A stretch of 64,000 nt of DNA from an uncultured Solobacterium sp. (GTDB lineage Bacteria; Bacillota_I; Bacilli_A; Erysipelotrichales; Erysipelotrichaceae): assembly GCA_963525775.1 (NCBI GenBank), contig CAURLC010000006.1, positions 4,648 through 68,647 of the forward strand, given 5' to 3'. The notes below the pieces were generated by a model, which saw only the letters and a program-made list of their open reading frames with translations, had not been told where the DNA came from and made no database searches. Within the stretch, counting starts at the first letter, position 1; each line of letters starts with the position of its first letter. Made by a program: the position numbers and the translations under genes. This document shows positions 49,080-60,113 of this stretch, one piece after another.

Positions 49080-49886
49080 ATGCCAGAATTACCAGAAGTA
49101 GAGACTGTCCTACGTACACTAGAACATCAAATTCAAGGAAGAAAAATCTTGGATGTGGATGTGCGCTATCCAAAGATGATTGAAAATGACGTAGAACAAT
49201 TTAAAGCACAACTAAAGAATCAAACATTTCATACATTCATGCGTCGAGGTAAATACTTGTTATTTGGTTTAGATGACTGTATCCTCATGAGCCATCTACG
49301 CATGGAGGGAAGATATTATATTCAAGATCCAACAGAACCAACCAACCGTCATATGCATGTGATATTCCATCTGGATAACGGTAAAGAGTTACGCTATATG
49401 GATACACGTAAATTTGGACGGATGGAAATCCTTCCGTTGGATACGGATTTTAGCCATTTTCATGGCTTGGGACCTGAACCTTTTGACGAAGCGTTCAATG
49501 CGTCCTACATTCATGCATATCGGAAAGGAAAACGTACACCACTGAAGAGTTTGTTATTAGACCAAAGTTTTGTGGCAGGGATTGGAAATATCTATGCGGA
49601 TGAAATTCTTGCGGCTTGCAACCTTAGACCTGGAAGGTCTTGTGCACGTATCACTCGCAAGGATGAGGAAAATCTTGTACTGCATACAAGACGAATCATG
49701 AAAGCTGCGATTGCGGCTGGTGGTACGACGATTAGAACGTATACATCTAGCTTAGGTGTCACTGGTAGATTTCAAACAGAGTGTACCGTGCATATGCAGA
49801 AAATTTGTCCTCGTTGTAAAGGGAAAATTCACGTAAAATATATCGGTGGACGGTCAAGTTATTATTGTCCACATTGTCAGAAATAG
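49080..49886 (+). CDS. mutM: Formamidopyrimidine-DNA glycosylase
   Basis: MPELPEVETV and the C-terminal zinc finger CPRC...CPHC. Confidence 0.96.
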   Translation: MPELPEVETVLRTLEHQIQGRKILDVDVRYPKMIENDVEQFKAQLKNQTFHTFMRRGKYLLFGLDDCILMSHLRMEGRYYIQDPTEPTNRHMHVIFHLDNGKELRYMDTRKFGRMEILPLDTDFSHFHGLGPEPFDEAFNASYIHAYRKGKRTPLKSLLLDQSFVAGIGNIYADEILAACNLRPGRSCARITRKDEENLVLHTRRIMKAAIAAGGTTIRTYTSSLGVTGRFQTECTVHMQKICPRCKGKIHVKYIGGRSSYYCPHCQK

Positions 49887-49893
49887 GAGTTTT

Positions 49894-50505
49894 ATGAAGA
49901 TTGCGATTACAGGAACGATTGCGGCAGGGAAAACAACTGTTGCGATTCTATTTAGAAGAAGAGGAATACCAGTATTTAATGCAGACCAATACGCAAAGCG
50001 TTCCTTGTATCAAGGTTCTGTTTGTTATGAAAAAATTAAAAAAGTATTTGGTGAAGATGTGATTGGCACCAGTGGTGATATAGACCCAAAGAAACTTGCG
50101 GGAATTATCTTTCAAGATAATAGTAAACGGGAACAACTAAACGCAATCGTACATCCCTTTGTATTAGAAGGAATGCAAAAATTCTTTACAACAAACTCGC
50201 AACAACCAATTATTTGTGCAGAGATTCCACTACTATTTGAAACAGGTTGGAACCAATACTTTAATCGTACGGTAGTCGTAACTTGTAGTGAAGATATTGC
50301 CATTCAAAGAATGATGGAAGAAAGAAACTATACACTTGAAGAAGCGAAGGCAAGACTATCAATGCAGATACCTGCAGAAAAACAGATTGCTTTGGCAGAC
50401 AAAGTGATTTATAACGAAGGTGATCTAAAAGAATTAGATTCACAAATCAACCGATGGTTAGGGGAACTTAGAAAGGACATCAGAAATGGAAAGAATGCCA
50501 ACTAG
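49894..50505 (+). CDS. coaE: Dephospho-CoA kinase
   Basis: ITGTIAAGKTT; SD TAGGAG before ATG 49894. Confidence 0.93.
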   Translation: MKIAITGTIAAGKTTVAILFRRRGIPVFNADQYAKRSLYQGSVCYEKIKKVFGEDVIGTSGDIDPKKLAGIIFQDNSKREQLNAIVHPFVLEGMQKFFTTNSQQPIICAEIPLLFETGWNQYFNRTVVVTCSEDIAIQRMMEERNYTLEEAKARLSMQIPAEKQIALADKVIYNEGDLKELDSQINRWLGELRKDIRNGKNAN

Positions 50506-51679
50506 TACATATCGCATTGATTTTAGTAACGGTATCTCTGAGGAAACTTTACTTTCATTGATGATGTTATACCAACCACTGATTGGTAAAGATGCGACAG
50601 TTTTATATTTAACACTTATTGCGGAAGGCAAAACCCAAAAGGGTTTTGAGAAACATCAACGTTTACTAGTGCTAGCAGATTTAGATATCAATGCGCTAGA
50701 TAAAGCATGTACAAAACTAGAAGAATACATGTTGATGAGAACATATGTAAAGACAACAGAACTATGCGACCAATACATCTATGTTCTAAACAGTCCAATT
50801 CATACAAAGGATTTCTTAAAATCAAATGTATTTATGAATCGTTATGAACGTACTGTTGGAAAAGATGAGACATCTACTACAATGACTCATTTAAACGCAA
50901 ATAATGCATCCTTTCGTGGTTATAAAGAAATTACAAAGGCAGTTAAGTTCTTACCAGAAGATCTTTTAGACCGTCATATTGAATTTGATGCACTACAGCC
51001 ACGTTATCAATTCGCAATGGATGATCAGACGATTAACTTTGATTATGAAAAGTTTATCGCGACTACAAGTACACTAGTATTCCCAGCTGAACTACGCACG
51101 CAAGAAAACTTAAGTTTAATTGGTAAACTTGCGACAATCTATGGTTTATCTGTAGATAAGATGCGTATCTTAGTCAACCGTTGTATTAATTTACAGACGA
51201 TGACATTTGATGGGGCAAAGTTAAAGATATACGCATCACGTGCAGAATCTGATGTAAAACCAGGAAGTGATCCATATTCCTTGCCACCTGTATCGTTCTT
51301 ACAGGCAAAGCAAGGTGGTGCAAAGGTTACACAGTTAGAAAAGAGTATCTTAGAACATCTAGCAATCGACATGCATTTCAGTAATGAAGTAATCAACGTG
51401 ATGATTGAACATATCCTAAAGATTTCACAAAATCGTTTGAATCGTAATTTTGTGGATATGGTTGCGGCAGAGTGGGCTAGAGATGGTGTTACTACCAAGC
51501 AACAAGCTCTACAACAACGTAAGAAAATCCTACGTCAAACCCCACAGGTTAACAGTGGTGTTAAGATTGGCATGCCAGAATATATACGTCAACAAGAAGA
51601 AGGTACTCTACCAGAAGGTACAGTCGCATCTGCAGAACTATTAGAACGATTACAAAAACTACAGAAGGGAGAAGAGTAA
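50486..51679 (+). CDS. dnaB: Replication initiation / membrane attachment protein (Bacillus DnaB-type, DnaD-like domains)
   Basis: Lies immediately upstream of dnaI; size and DnaB_2-like repeat region fit the family. Confidence 0.7.
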   Translation: MERMPTSTYRIDFSNGISEETLLSLMMLYQPLIGKDATVLYLTLIAEGKTQKGFEKHQRLLVLADLDINALDKACTKLEEYMLMRTYVKTTELCDQYIYVLNSPIHTKDFLKSNVFMNRYERTVGKDETSTTMTHLNANNASFRGYKEITKAVKFLPEDLLDRHIEFDALQPRYQFAMDDQTINFDYEKFIATTSTLVFPAELRTQENLSLIGKLATIYGLSVDKMRILVNRCINLQTMTFDGAKLKIYASRAESDVKPGSDPYSLPPVSFLQAKQGGAKVTQLEKSILEHLAIDMHFSNEVINVMIEHILKISQNRLNRNFVDMVAAEWARDGVTTKQQALQQRKKILRQTPQVNSGVKIGMPEYIRQQEEGTLPEGTVASAELLERLQKLQKGEE

Positions 51680-51682
51680 TTC

Positions 51683-52594
51683 ATGGAAGCACTAAATATC
51701 AAAGAAATTCCGATGACAGAGCAGCAGAAACAAGAAACGAAATCGCTCCAAGATGAATTGCGTAAAGATCCTGTGGTTGTCGAGTTATTTCAAAGAAACA
51801 AACTCGATGAAAGATATCTGAACACATCCCCATGGAAGATTCATGCATGGAGAAAGAGCTTTGAACCATGCTTGCATTGTACAGGCTTAAATCAATGCAA
51901 GCAGAGAGTAAAGGGATACTATGATGACTTAGAGGATAATGGTATTCTTCAAAATGTACAAACACCATGTAAATTCCAACGAGCATATATGGAAAAGACA
52001 GCACATCTAGAGAAGTTTAGTGTAAATGATATGCCATCTAATATGTATACAGTATCTTTTGATAAAATCAATTTACTGAAAGAGATGGAAGAATACTTAC
52101 TTGTTTGGGAAGCTTGCAGAAGTGCGAGTATTCATAATCAGGGACTTTATCTACACGGTACGATGGGAAGTGGAAAGACATATCTTTCTGCTTGTGCCAC
52201 AAATGATCATGCCCGTAAAAATGAAACAGTAGCTTTTGTACATTATCCAACATACTGTACAAGAGCCATCGCAACAATGAAGACTTCAGAATATAAAATC
52301 GAACTTGGTCGATTGATGCGTGCAAAGTTTCTTGTCTTAGATGATATCGGGGCAGAGAGTGTGAATGAATGGAATCGCGATCAATTATTGTTGCCACTGT
52401 TAGAGAAGCGATATACAGAAGGGTTACCAACTTGGTTTACATCCAACTGTGATATTGAATCACTCAAAGAACACTTCCGCTATGTTGGAAAAGGCAAGGA
52501 TGATGAGCTGAAAGCAGCTCGTATCATAGAGAGAATTACGAGTATGGCTAAGATAAAAACGCTTACAGGAAAAGATAGGCGAAAAACATTGTAA
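51683..52594 (+). CDS. dnaI: Primosomal helicase loader DnaI
   Basis: N-terminal Cys/His zinc region (CLHC...C), Walker A GTMGSGKTY and VLDDIG. Confidence 0.9.
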   Translation: MEALNIKEIPMTEQQKQETKSLQDELRKDPVVVELFQRNKLDERYLNTSPWKIHAWRKSFEPCLHCTGLNQCKQRVKGYYDDLEDNGILQNVQTPCKFQRAYMEKTAHLEKFSVNDMPSNMYTVSFDKINLLKEMEEYLLVWEACRSASIHNQGLYLHGTMGSGKTYLSACATNDHARKNETVAFVHYPTYCTRAIATMKTSEYKIELGRLMRAKFLVLDDIGAESVNEWNRDQLLLPLLEKRYTEGLPTWFTSNCDIESLKEHFRYVGKGKDDELKAARIIERITSMAKIKTLTGKDRRKTL

Positions 52595-52651
52595 AATGCT
52601 TTAATAATACGCTTTAATGGTATAAAATGATTAGGATTTGGAGGCCTTTAC

Positions 52652-53614
52652 ATGGTTAGAAAAATTGGCGTTTTAACATCAGGTGGTGATGCGCCAGGAA
52701 TGAATTCCGCAATTCGTGCCGTGACCAGAATTGCGCTTAGTAATGGAATTGAAGTTGTTGGTATTCGTGATGGATATCGAGGACTTCTAGAAGAGAAGTT
52801 TCAAGTACTAGAACGTACAGATGTATCGGATATTTTAAACCGTGGTGGTACGACTCTTGGATCAGCTCGCTTACCTGAATTTAAAGAAGAAGAAGTTCAA
52901 GACCAGTGTGTTGCCAATTTGCGAAAAGCAGGCATTGATGCACTAGTAGTCATTGGCGGAGATGGTTCCTATCGTGGAGCACTCGCACTTACAAATAAGG
53001 GAATTAATTGTATTGGGTTGCCTGGTACAATTGATAACGATATCTCTGGTACTGATTTCACAATCGGTTTTGATACAGCGTTACAGACTTGTGTAGAAAA
53101 CGTGGATAAATTACGTGATACATCAAGTTCACATCACCGCTGTTCCATCGTCGAAGTAATGGGAAATCACTGTGGAGACCTTGCACTATATACAGCGATT
53201 GCGTGTGGTGCAGAAATCGTCATCACACCAGAAACAGGTTATGATGAAACAGAAATTCTAGAGAAGTTACGCTATCTTGGGGATGCAGTGAAGAAGAATC
53301 ATGCAATCGTCATTATCTCTGAAAAGATTTGTGACGTAGATGGCTTAGCAAAGAAAGTTTCATTACATACAAACTTCAGTGGTCGTGCAACGATTTTGGG
53401 ACACATTCAGCGTGGTGGTTCCCCAACTCCGGTTGACCGTATGCTTTCTAGCAGAATGGGTGAAAAAGCCATTGATTTATTGATGGAAGGTATTGGCGGC
53501 CATTGTGTTGGTATTATCGACAACGAAATTTGTTCAATGCCAATTCAAGAAGCACTAGAGAAACCTCGTAAGAGTAGAAAGAAACTATATCGATTGTTTG
53601 ATCGTTTAGTATAA
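52652..53614 (+). CDS. pfkA: ATP-dependent 6-phosphofructokinase
   Basis: IGVLTSGGDAPGMN. Confidence 0.97.
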   Translation: MVRKIGVLTSGGDAPGMNSAIRAVTRIALSNGIEVVGIRDGYRGLLEEKFQVLERTDVSDILNRGGTTLGSARLPEFKEEEVQDQCVANLRKAGIDALVVIGGDGSYRGALALTNKGINCIGLPGTIDNDISGTDFTIGFDTALQTCVENVDKLRDTSSSHHRCSIVEVMGNHCGDLALYTAIACGAEIVITPETGYDETEILEKLRYLGDAVKKNHAIVIISEKICDVDGLAKKVSLHTNFSGRATILGHIQRGGSPTPVDRMLSSRMGEKAIDLLMEGIGGHCVGIIDNEICSMPIQEALEKPRKSRKKLYRLFDRLV

Positions 53615-53621
53615 GAAGGAG

Positions 53622-55064
53622 ATGATTGCTTTGGAAAACAAACATTTATTTAAGAAAACAAAGGTAGTATGTACGATTGGTCCAGCTTCAGAAAATGAGA
53701 AGACACTTACAGAACTTGTAGGTGCAGGTATGAACATCGCTCGTTTAAACTTCAGCCATGGAACACACGAAGAGCACTTAGAAAGAATTAAATTAGTTCG
53801 TTCTGTAAGTGCAAAGACAGGTGTAAACCTAGCGATTGCGTTAGACACAAAGGGTCCTGAAATTCGTTTAGGTACTTTCAAGAACGATGTTGAAAACTAT
53901 GAAATCGGTGAAATCGTTTATTTGACAAAGGCAGAAATTGAAGGAACACATGAACGTTTCCACATTCAATGCCCAGAGTTATTCGATGACTTAAAGCAAG
54001 GAAATTATATCTTAATCAACGATGGTAAGATGAAGATTACTGTACTTGAAAACGATGGTCATGAATTAAAGTGCCGCGTTGAAGTTGCAGGTCCTATCAG
54101 CTCACGTAAGGGTTGTAACGTACCAGGCGTTAAATTAAGTATGCCATTCTTATCTGCTAAGGATGAGGCTGATATCCGTTTCGGTTGCCGTAATGATGTT
54201 GACTTTATCTTCGCTTCCTTTACAAGAAGACCAGAAGATGTTAATGCAATTCGTGCAATCTGCGTTGAAGAGGGTAAGCCACATATTAACATTATTCCTA
54301 AGATTGAAAACCAAGAAGGTTATGACAATATTGATGCTATTCTTGAAGCAGCTGATGGTGTCATGGTAGCTCGTGGTGACTTAGGTGTAGAAATTCCTAC
54401 AATGTTAGTTCCTATCTATCAGAAGCACATTATTCGTCAGGCAAACATTATTGGTAAGCCAGTCATCACCGCTACACATATGTTAGACTCTATGACACAT
54501 AACCCACGTTGTACACGTGCTGAGGCATCTGATGTATGTAACGCTGTATTAGATGGTTCTGATGGTGTTATGTTATCTGCTGAATCTGCAGCTGGTGACT
54601 ATCCAGTAGAAGCTTGTGAAACAATGTCAGAAATCGCTGAAGAAGCAGAAAAGATCATCAACTATCGTACAAAGTTAGATTGGTTAAAACAATCTACACG
54701 TAAGACAGTACAGGATGCAGTTTCTATCGCTATCAGTGATGCGACATTAACACTAGACAATATCGGTGCTATCGTTGTATTCACACAGGGTGGTACAACA
54801 GCTCGTCGTATTTCTAAGTTCCGTCCAAGCGTACCTGTATTAGCAGTTACATTTACAAAGGATATTCAACGTAAGTTATTAAGTTACTGGGGAGTATTAC
54901 CAGTTTACTCTGAAGTACAGAACCAGTTAACAAACGATGACGAACTCGCATCAACAGTTGCTAAGAACTACGGTGTTAAGAAGGGTCAATTAATCATCAT
55001 CTCAGCAGGTTATCCAACAGGCGAAGGATCTGCGAATATGATGAAGATCGTAGAAGTTAAGTAA
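53622..55064 (+). CDS. pyk: Pyruvate kinase
   Basis: KTKVVCTIGPAS, ARGDLGVEIP. AAGGAG abuts ATG 53622, so the in-frame TTG at 53631 (9-nt spacing) may be the true start. Confidence 0.95.
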   Translation: MIALENKHLFKKTKVVCTIGPASENEKTLTELVGAGMNIARLNFSHGTHEEHLERIKLVRSVSAKTGVNLAIALDTKGPEIRLGTFKNDVENYEIGEIVYLTKAEIEGTHERFHIQCPELFDDLKQGNYILINDGKMKITVLENDGHELKCRVEVAGPISSRKGCNVPGVKLSMPFLSAKDEADIRFGCRNDVDFIFASFTRRPEDVNAIRAICVEEGKPHINIIPKIENQEGYDNIDAILEAADGVMVARGDLGVEIPTMLVPIYQKHIIRQANIIGKPVITATHMLDSMTHNPRCTRAEASDVCNAVLDGSDGVMLSAESAAGDYPVEACETMSEIAEEAEKIINYRTKLDWLKQSTRKTVQDAVSIAISDATLTLDNIGAIVVFTQGGTTARRISKFRPSVPVLAVTFTKDIQRKLLSYWGVLPVYSEVQNQLTNDDELASTVAKNYGVKKGQLIIISAGYPTGEGSANMMKIVEVK

Positions 55065-55072
55065 TTATCTAG

Positions 55073-55102
55073 AAAAGACGGTGAAACGTCTTTTCTTTTT
55101 TT
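55073..55102 (+). terminator. Rho-independent terminator after pyk
   Basis: AAAAGACG-gtgaaa-CGTCTTTT followed by CTTTTTTT. Confidence 0.85.
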
Positions 55103-55130
55103 ATATGCATGCATAAAGAAAAGAGTCCGA

Positions 55131-56966
55131 TTAGGACTCTTGTGTTTTCTTGGTTGTTCTAGGAGTACGTGCTGCGTTAGCTTTCATCTTTGCTTGAATC
55201 TCTGCAATCGCTGCTTTTTGATTCAAGATAACTGGAATAACAATCGGATTACGATTTGTCTTCTGGAAGAGGAAAGGTTCCAAGCAAGAACGGATACAGT
55301 TCTTTAATTCACCAAAGGTTGTACGTTGTTGCATCTTCTTCTTTAGAGAATCGTATACAAGCAATTCAGCTTCTTTGAGAAGGGTTTGAGAATCTTTGAT
55401 GTATACAAAGCCACGAGAAACGATAGATGGGCGGCAGAGAATCTTATTGTAGCGAGAATCGATTGTGACGATAACTGCTACTAATCCATTTTCTGCTAAG
55501 ATCTTACGGTCTTTAATTACGGATGTACTTAGACCTGAAATATCATTACCATCAACGTAGATGTCGTCTGTCTGTACGCGTTCATTCGCGATAAAGCACT
55601 TACCATCACGTAATACAACGACGTCACCATTCGAACAAATCAAACAATGATCTTCAGGTATACCTGTTTCTTGCGCTGTTGCGGAATGTTGTTTTAACAT
55701 CTTGTATTCACCATGGTATGGCATGAACCATTCAGGTTTAATTAGATTCAACATTAACTTCTGTTCCTCTTGAGGAGCGTGTCCTGTTGTGTGGAAGGAA
55801 GTTAGTGGTGAGTTTGTAATAACGTTAGCACCAACACGTGTTAATTGGTTGATAACACTTCCAACAGAAGTGCCATTACCAGGAATTGGGTTGGATGAGA
55901 AGAGCACAGTATCACCAGGGATAATCTTGATGAAACGGTGTGTACCATTCGCAATTCTACTCAAGGCAGCCATTGGTTCACCTTGAGAACCTGTACAAAC
56001 AATACAGATACGATTTGATGGTAGGGTATTTAACTCATTACCAGAGATGAAGCTACTATCAGGAATCTGGATAACACCCATCTTCTTACCGATTTCACAT
56101 ACATTCTCCATTGAGCGTCCAAATACCGCAACCTTACGATTACATGCGACAGCTGCTTCTAGAATCTGATTCAAACGTAATACGTTAGAAGCAAAAGTAG
56201 AAACAATCATACGTCCTGGTGTTTTACGCATCTGTTCCATGATGGCACGAGCTACCGTCTTTTCAGAGATAGAAGAACCAGGAACAGAGGAGTTTGTGGA
56301 ATCACTCATCAGAAGGGAGACACCAACTTGTCCAATGTACGCCATCTTCTGGAAGTCAGCGTTTGTGCCAACTGGAGTCATATCAAACTTAAAGTCACCT
56401 GTTTCAACGATACGTCCATTTGGTGTATTAATTAACACACCAAGTGCATCTGGAATCGAGTGAACAACATTGAAGAAACCAATTGAGAAGTGTTTTGTTT
56501 TGATACTAGACTCTGAATTAATCTCCGTAATCTTACATACACGAGTTAAACGATGTTCTTCTAATTTCTTTTCGATTAACGCTTTCGCAAAGCGTGGAGC
56601 GTAAATCTGTTTTAATCGAATTGTCTTTAGGAAGAATGGAATACCACCAATATGGTCTTCATGACCATGGGTGATAACCATCGCTGCAATTTTATTTTGG
56701 TTTTTTACCAGATAAGAATAATCTGGGATAACGTAATCGACACCAAGTAAAGCATCTTCTGGGAAGAGTACACCACAGTCAACGATGATGATTTCATCAT
56801 CATGTTCAACGCAGTACATATTCTTTCCAACTTCACCTAAGCCACCAAGTGCGTAGACCATCGTATCTGTCTTATGATTAATTGCTAAATCGCTTAAATC
56901 AGGTTCAGTAATACGAGTACGACGAAGTGGGCGAGTCGTTTTCTTACTGCTATTATTTTCAGTCAT
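55131..56966 (-). CDS. rnj: Ribonuclease J
   Basis: HGHEDHIGG in a beta-CASP metallo-beta-lactamase; SD AAAGGAA before the ATG at 56966. Confidence 0.95.
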   Translation of the reverse strand: MTENNSSKKTTRPLRRTRITEPDLSDLAINHKTDTMVYALGGLGEVGKNMYCVEHDDEIIIVDCGVLFPEDALLGVDYVIPDYSYLVKNQNKIAAMVITHGHEDHIGGIPFFLKTIRLKQIYAPRFAKALIEKKLEEHRLTRVCKITEINSESSIKTKHFSIGFFNVVHSIPDALGVLINTPNGRIVETGDFKFDMTPVGTNADFQKMAYIGQVGVSLLMSDSTNSSVPGSSISEKTVARAIMEQMRKTPGRMIVSTFASNVLRLNQILEAAVACNRKVAVFGRSMENVCEIGKKMGVIQIPDSSFISGNELNTLPSNRICIVCTGSQGEPMAALSRIANGTHRFIKIIPGDTVLFSSNPIPGNGTSVGSVINQLTRVGANVITNSPLTSFHTTGHAPQEEQKLMLNLIKPEWFMPYHGEYKMLKQHSATAQETGIPEDHCLICSNGDVVVLRDGKCFIANERVQTDDIYVDGNDISGLSTSVIKDRKILAENGLVAVIVTIDSRYNKILCRPSIVSRGFVYIKDSQTLLKEAELLVYDSLKKKMQQRTTFGELKNCIRSCLEPFLFQKTNRNPIVIPVILNQKAAIAEIQAKMKANAARTPRTTKKTQES

Positions 56967-57062
56967 TATAAAAATTCCTTTCATTTATTTAATTATTGGT
57001 AAAGATAGTAGTTTTATTCGCCTACATTATAGCATTCTTCAATGAAAAAGAAAGAAGTCTCA

Positions 57063-57629
57063 CTATAAAACAAGGGCACCTTCAATTGGTTTGTTTGGTT
57101 CTTTTTTGTTGATGTGATCATAGAACAAAATGCCATCCATATGATCTAATTCATGTTGTAATACAATTGCGATATAACCACGTGCACGGATTTCTACATC
57201 TTGGTTTTGGACTAGGTCAAATGCTCTGATTGTTACACGTGCATTACGTACAACGTAACCTTGATGTTCATTTTCAACAGAGAGGCAACCCTCACCACTT
57301 TCTAAATATGCAGGTTGTACGGAACGAGAAATAATTTTTGGATTTACTAACATAAATTCATATTTCACAACATTGCCATCTTTATCTGTTTCATCGAAGG
57401 CAACAGCGCACATTCTCTTTTTAATACCGACTTGGATTGCACTGATACCTACAGCTGGACGAAGGTTAAACTTCTTAGCTTTTTCTTCATCAGTGGAATC
57501 TTTTACGTATTGCAACATATCACGTAATAATGTTTCATCTTCCTTTGATAGGGGCAATGAAACAAGCTCAGATTTTTCTCGAATTAACGGGTCAGTATCT
57601 TTAATGATTGTGTCATTATTTATTAACAT
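57063..57629 (-). CDS. def: Peptide deformylase
   Basis: GISAIQVG, EGCLS and HELDH; SD GAGGT before the ATG at 57629. Confidence 0.95.
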   Translation of the reverse strand: MLINNDTIIKDTDPLIREKSELVSLPLSKEDETLLRDMLQYVKDSTDEEKAKKFNLRPAVGISAIQVGIKKRMCAVAFDETDKDGNVVKYEFMLVNPKIISRSVQPAYLESGEGCLSVENEHQGYVVRNARVTIRAFDLVQNQDVEIRARGYIAIVLQHELDHMDGILFYDHINKKEPNKPIEGALVL

Positions 57630-57784
57630 AATTTTTACCTCAGCATACATTTTAACATTCTAAAAGCGTAATTCAACTAACACGCATCGATGTAAGCGTT
57701 TAGTATAAAAAAATTTATGAAATTTGATGATATTTGTGATGTTCAATGTGTGGATTTCGTGCAGTATGTTAAAATAATACTTGT

Positions 57785-59038
57785 ATGCAAATAAAGAAAA
57801 AGAAAACGAAAAAAGTTGAACCAATTCAGATGAATACGTCAGTGAAAAAGAGAAAGCTCTTGAATCTACGTATGCCGAAATCATCGGACCATTTCTTACA
57901 TGCGGCGATGATTATTTTGATGTTGTTTGGCATCATCATGGTTGGTAGTGCATCCATGGGTGCTGCTGGTGGCAATAATCGTTTTCTAGTGATTACAATT
58001 GTAAAACAGGTTGTCTATGCAGTTGCAGGTTATACTGCCATGACATTCTTAGCAAATCGTTTCCAACTTAAGAAATTGAAGTCATCAACGACGTTTCTGG
58101 TGATACTTGCAACTATCGCAAGTTTGTTATTGTGTTTATTATTTGCGGAAACCAATGGTGCTAGAGCATGGATTCGTATTCCGCTTGGTGTAACGGAAGT
58201 TACCTTACAGCCTTCGGAGTTTGCGAAGATTATTGCGATTTTAGTTGTTGCCTTATATTTAGGCGATAATGTACATAGTTATAGTAAGAGATTTGATTTA
58301 ATCAAACGGCCACTCTTTATTGACGGTGTAATCTTATTTATCGTTTGGATTCTACAGTCTGACTTTGGATCAATGGCAGTTATCTTTGTGATTATCTGCG
58401 TTTGTTTCTTGGTTCCAAATCATCCACAATTAAGAGGGTATCAAAGAATATTAACAATCTTATTTTATGGTGTAGTTCTCTTAGGTTTCTATATTTTATC
58501 TCCATCTGGAGAACATCTCATCATGAAAATGACATTTTTAAAGACATATCAGATTAAGCGTTTCATATCTGCAATCAATCCATTTATGGACCAGTACGGT
58601 ACTGGTTATCAGTTGATTAGTGGTTTAATCTCCTTTGCGACTGGAGGATGGTTTGGTAAGGGTCTTGGTAATTCTGTACGTAAATATACAAACTTTCCAG
58701 CAGCTAGTACGGACTATATCCTTGCTATCGTTGTTGAGGAATTAGGTTTTGTAGGGTTTATTGGCTTACTTGCAGTCTATGGATTTATCATCTTTGTTTT
58801 ATTACGCTATGCAATGAAGATGCGTAGTGAAAAGGGACGTATTATTCTTGTTGGTACAGCAATGTATTTCTTGGTACATATGTTCTTTAATATCGGTGGT
58901 GTTACAGGATTAATCCCTCTAACAGGTGTACCGCTGCTAATGGTATCCGCTGGTGGTTCTTCTACGATGTCTATCATGGCTTGTGTTGGTATTTCTCAAG
59001 CAGTGATTGCGTCCTATAGACGAGGTGAGATTCGATGA
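57785..59038 (+). CDS. ftsW: SEDS-family peptidoglycan glycosyltransferase (FtsW/RodA)
   Basis: Polytopic SEDS sequence with the motif TDYILAIVVEELG. True start is uncertain because several in-frame Met codons lie in a basic N-terminus. Confidence 0.88.
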   Translation: MQIKKKKTKKVEPIQMNTSVKKRKLLNLRMPKSSDHFLHAAMIILMLFGIIMVGSASMGAAGGNNRFLVITIVKQVVYAVAGYTAMTFLANRFQLKKLKSSTTFLVILATIASLLLCLLFAETNGARAWIRIPLGVTEVTLQPSEFAKIIAILVVALYLGDNVHSYSKRFDLIKRPLFIDGVILFIVWILQSDFGSMAVIFVIICVCFLVPNHPQLRGYQRILTILFYGVVLLGFYILSPSGEHLIMKMTFLKTYQIKRFISAINPFMDQYGTGYQLISGLISFATGGWFGKGLGNSVRKYTNFPAASTDYILAIVVEELGFVGFIGLLAVYGFIIFVLLRYAMKMRSEKGRIILVGTAMYFLVHMFFNIGGVTGLIPLTGVPLLMVSAGGSSTMSIMACVGISQAVIASYRRGEIR

Positions 59039-59595
59039 GAATTATCGCTGGTGAATATCGCTCACGCAAGATAGAAACACGCGCTGGTAATCAGACTAGA
59101 CCTACATTAGATAAAGTTAGAGAAGCTGTTTTTTCATCCCTAGGCGGGATGTTTGATGGTGGCACAGTATTAGATTTATATGCCGGTAGTGGTGCTAATG
59201 GTCTAGAGGCACTATCGCGTGGGTATGATTATGCAGTGTTTGCGGATATCTCTAAAGATGCAATTCATGTTATCCGTAAAAATATAGAGTCATTACGTTG
59301 CAACGAGAAGACGAAAGTCTTACATATGCCTGATAAGAAAGCATTATCACTTTTAAAGGCTGAAGGACTACGTTTTGATTTGGTGTATCTAGATCCTCCA
59401 TATGCAGGACAACGCAATAACGAAATTCTAGAATACTTACAAGAAAACAACATGATTACGGATTGTGGTGTAGTTGTTATTGAATCCGCAAAAGAAGATG
59501 AATTTAAAAAAGAGTTTGGCTCTTTAAAACCATATAAAGAAGCAACCTATGGAATTACACGTATTACCTATTATCGAAATGAGGTGGAAGGATGA
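59035..59595 (+). CDS. rsmD: 16S rRNA (guanine966-N2)-methyltransferase
   Basis: MRIIAGEYRSRKI and LDPPY. Confidence 0.92.
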   Translation: MRIIAGEYRSRKIETRAGNQTRPTLDKVREAVFSSLGGMFDGGTVLDLYAGSGANGLEALSRGYDYAVFADISKDAIHVIRKNIESLRCNEKTKVLHMPDKKALSLLKAEGLRFDLVYLDPPYAGQRNNEILEYLQENNMITDCGVVVIESAKEDEFKKEFGSLKPYKEATYGITRITYYRNEVEG

Positions 59596-60113
59596 AGGCT
59601 TGTTATCCAGGAACATTTGATCCAATTACAAACGGTCATTTGGATATTATTGAGCGTGCATCACGATTGTTTGATGAAGTCGTGGTATTGATTATGTTTA
59701 ATCCACGTAAGACTTGTTTATTCAACAGCGAAGAAAGAAAACAGATGGTTATTGATAGTTTGAAGTCCATTGGTAACCCACAGAATGTGACTGTAATGAT
59801 TGGTTCTGGTTTAACTGTAGAGTTTGCACGTAAGATTGGAGCGTCTGTCATTATTCGTGGTATTCGTGCTGTCAGTGATTATGAATATGAACTTGGACAA
59901 GCAACTGCGAATATGATGTTGGCACATGAGATTGAAACGGCATTCCTCATTGCCAAACCACAATACTCATTCCTATCTTCTTCTGTATGTAAAGAGATTG
60001 CCCTTAATGGAGGAGACTTGTTAAATCTAGTACCTCCACAGGTAGAAGGTCCTCTTAAAGAAAAGATGTCCGTAGTCGCAGAAAACTTAAAGCGTGCACA
60101 GGGGCAGATATGA
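59592..60113 (+). CDS. coaD: Phosphopantetheine adenylyltransferase
   Basis: YPGTFDPITNGH. Confidence 0.96.
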   Translation: MKACYPGTFDPITNGHLDIIERASRLFDEVVVLIMFNPRKTCLFNSEERKQMVIDSLKSIGNPQNVTVMIGSGLTVEFARKIGASVIIRGIRAVSDYEYELGQATANMMLAHEIETAFLIAKPQYSFLSSSVCKEIALNGGDLLNLVPPQVEGPLKEKMSVVAENLKRAQGQI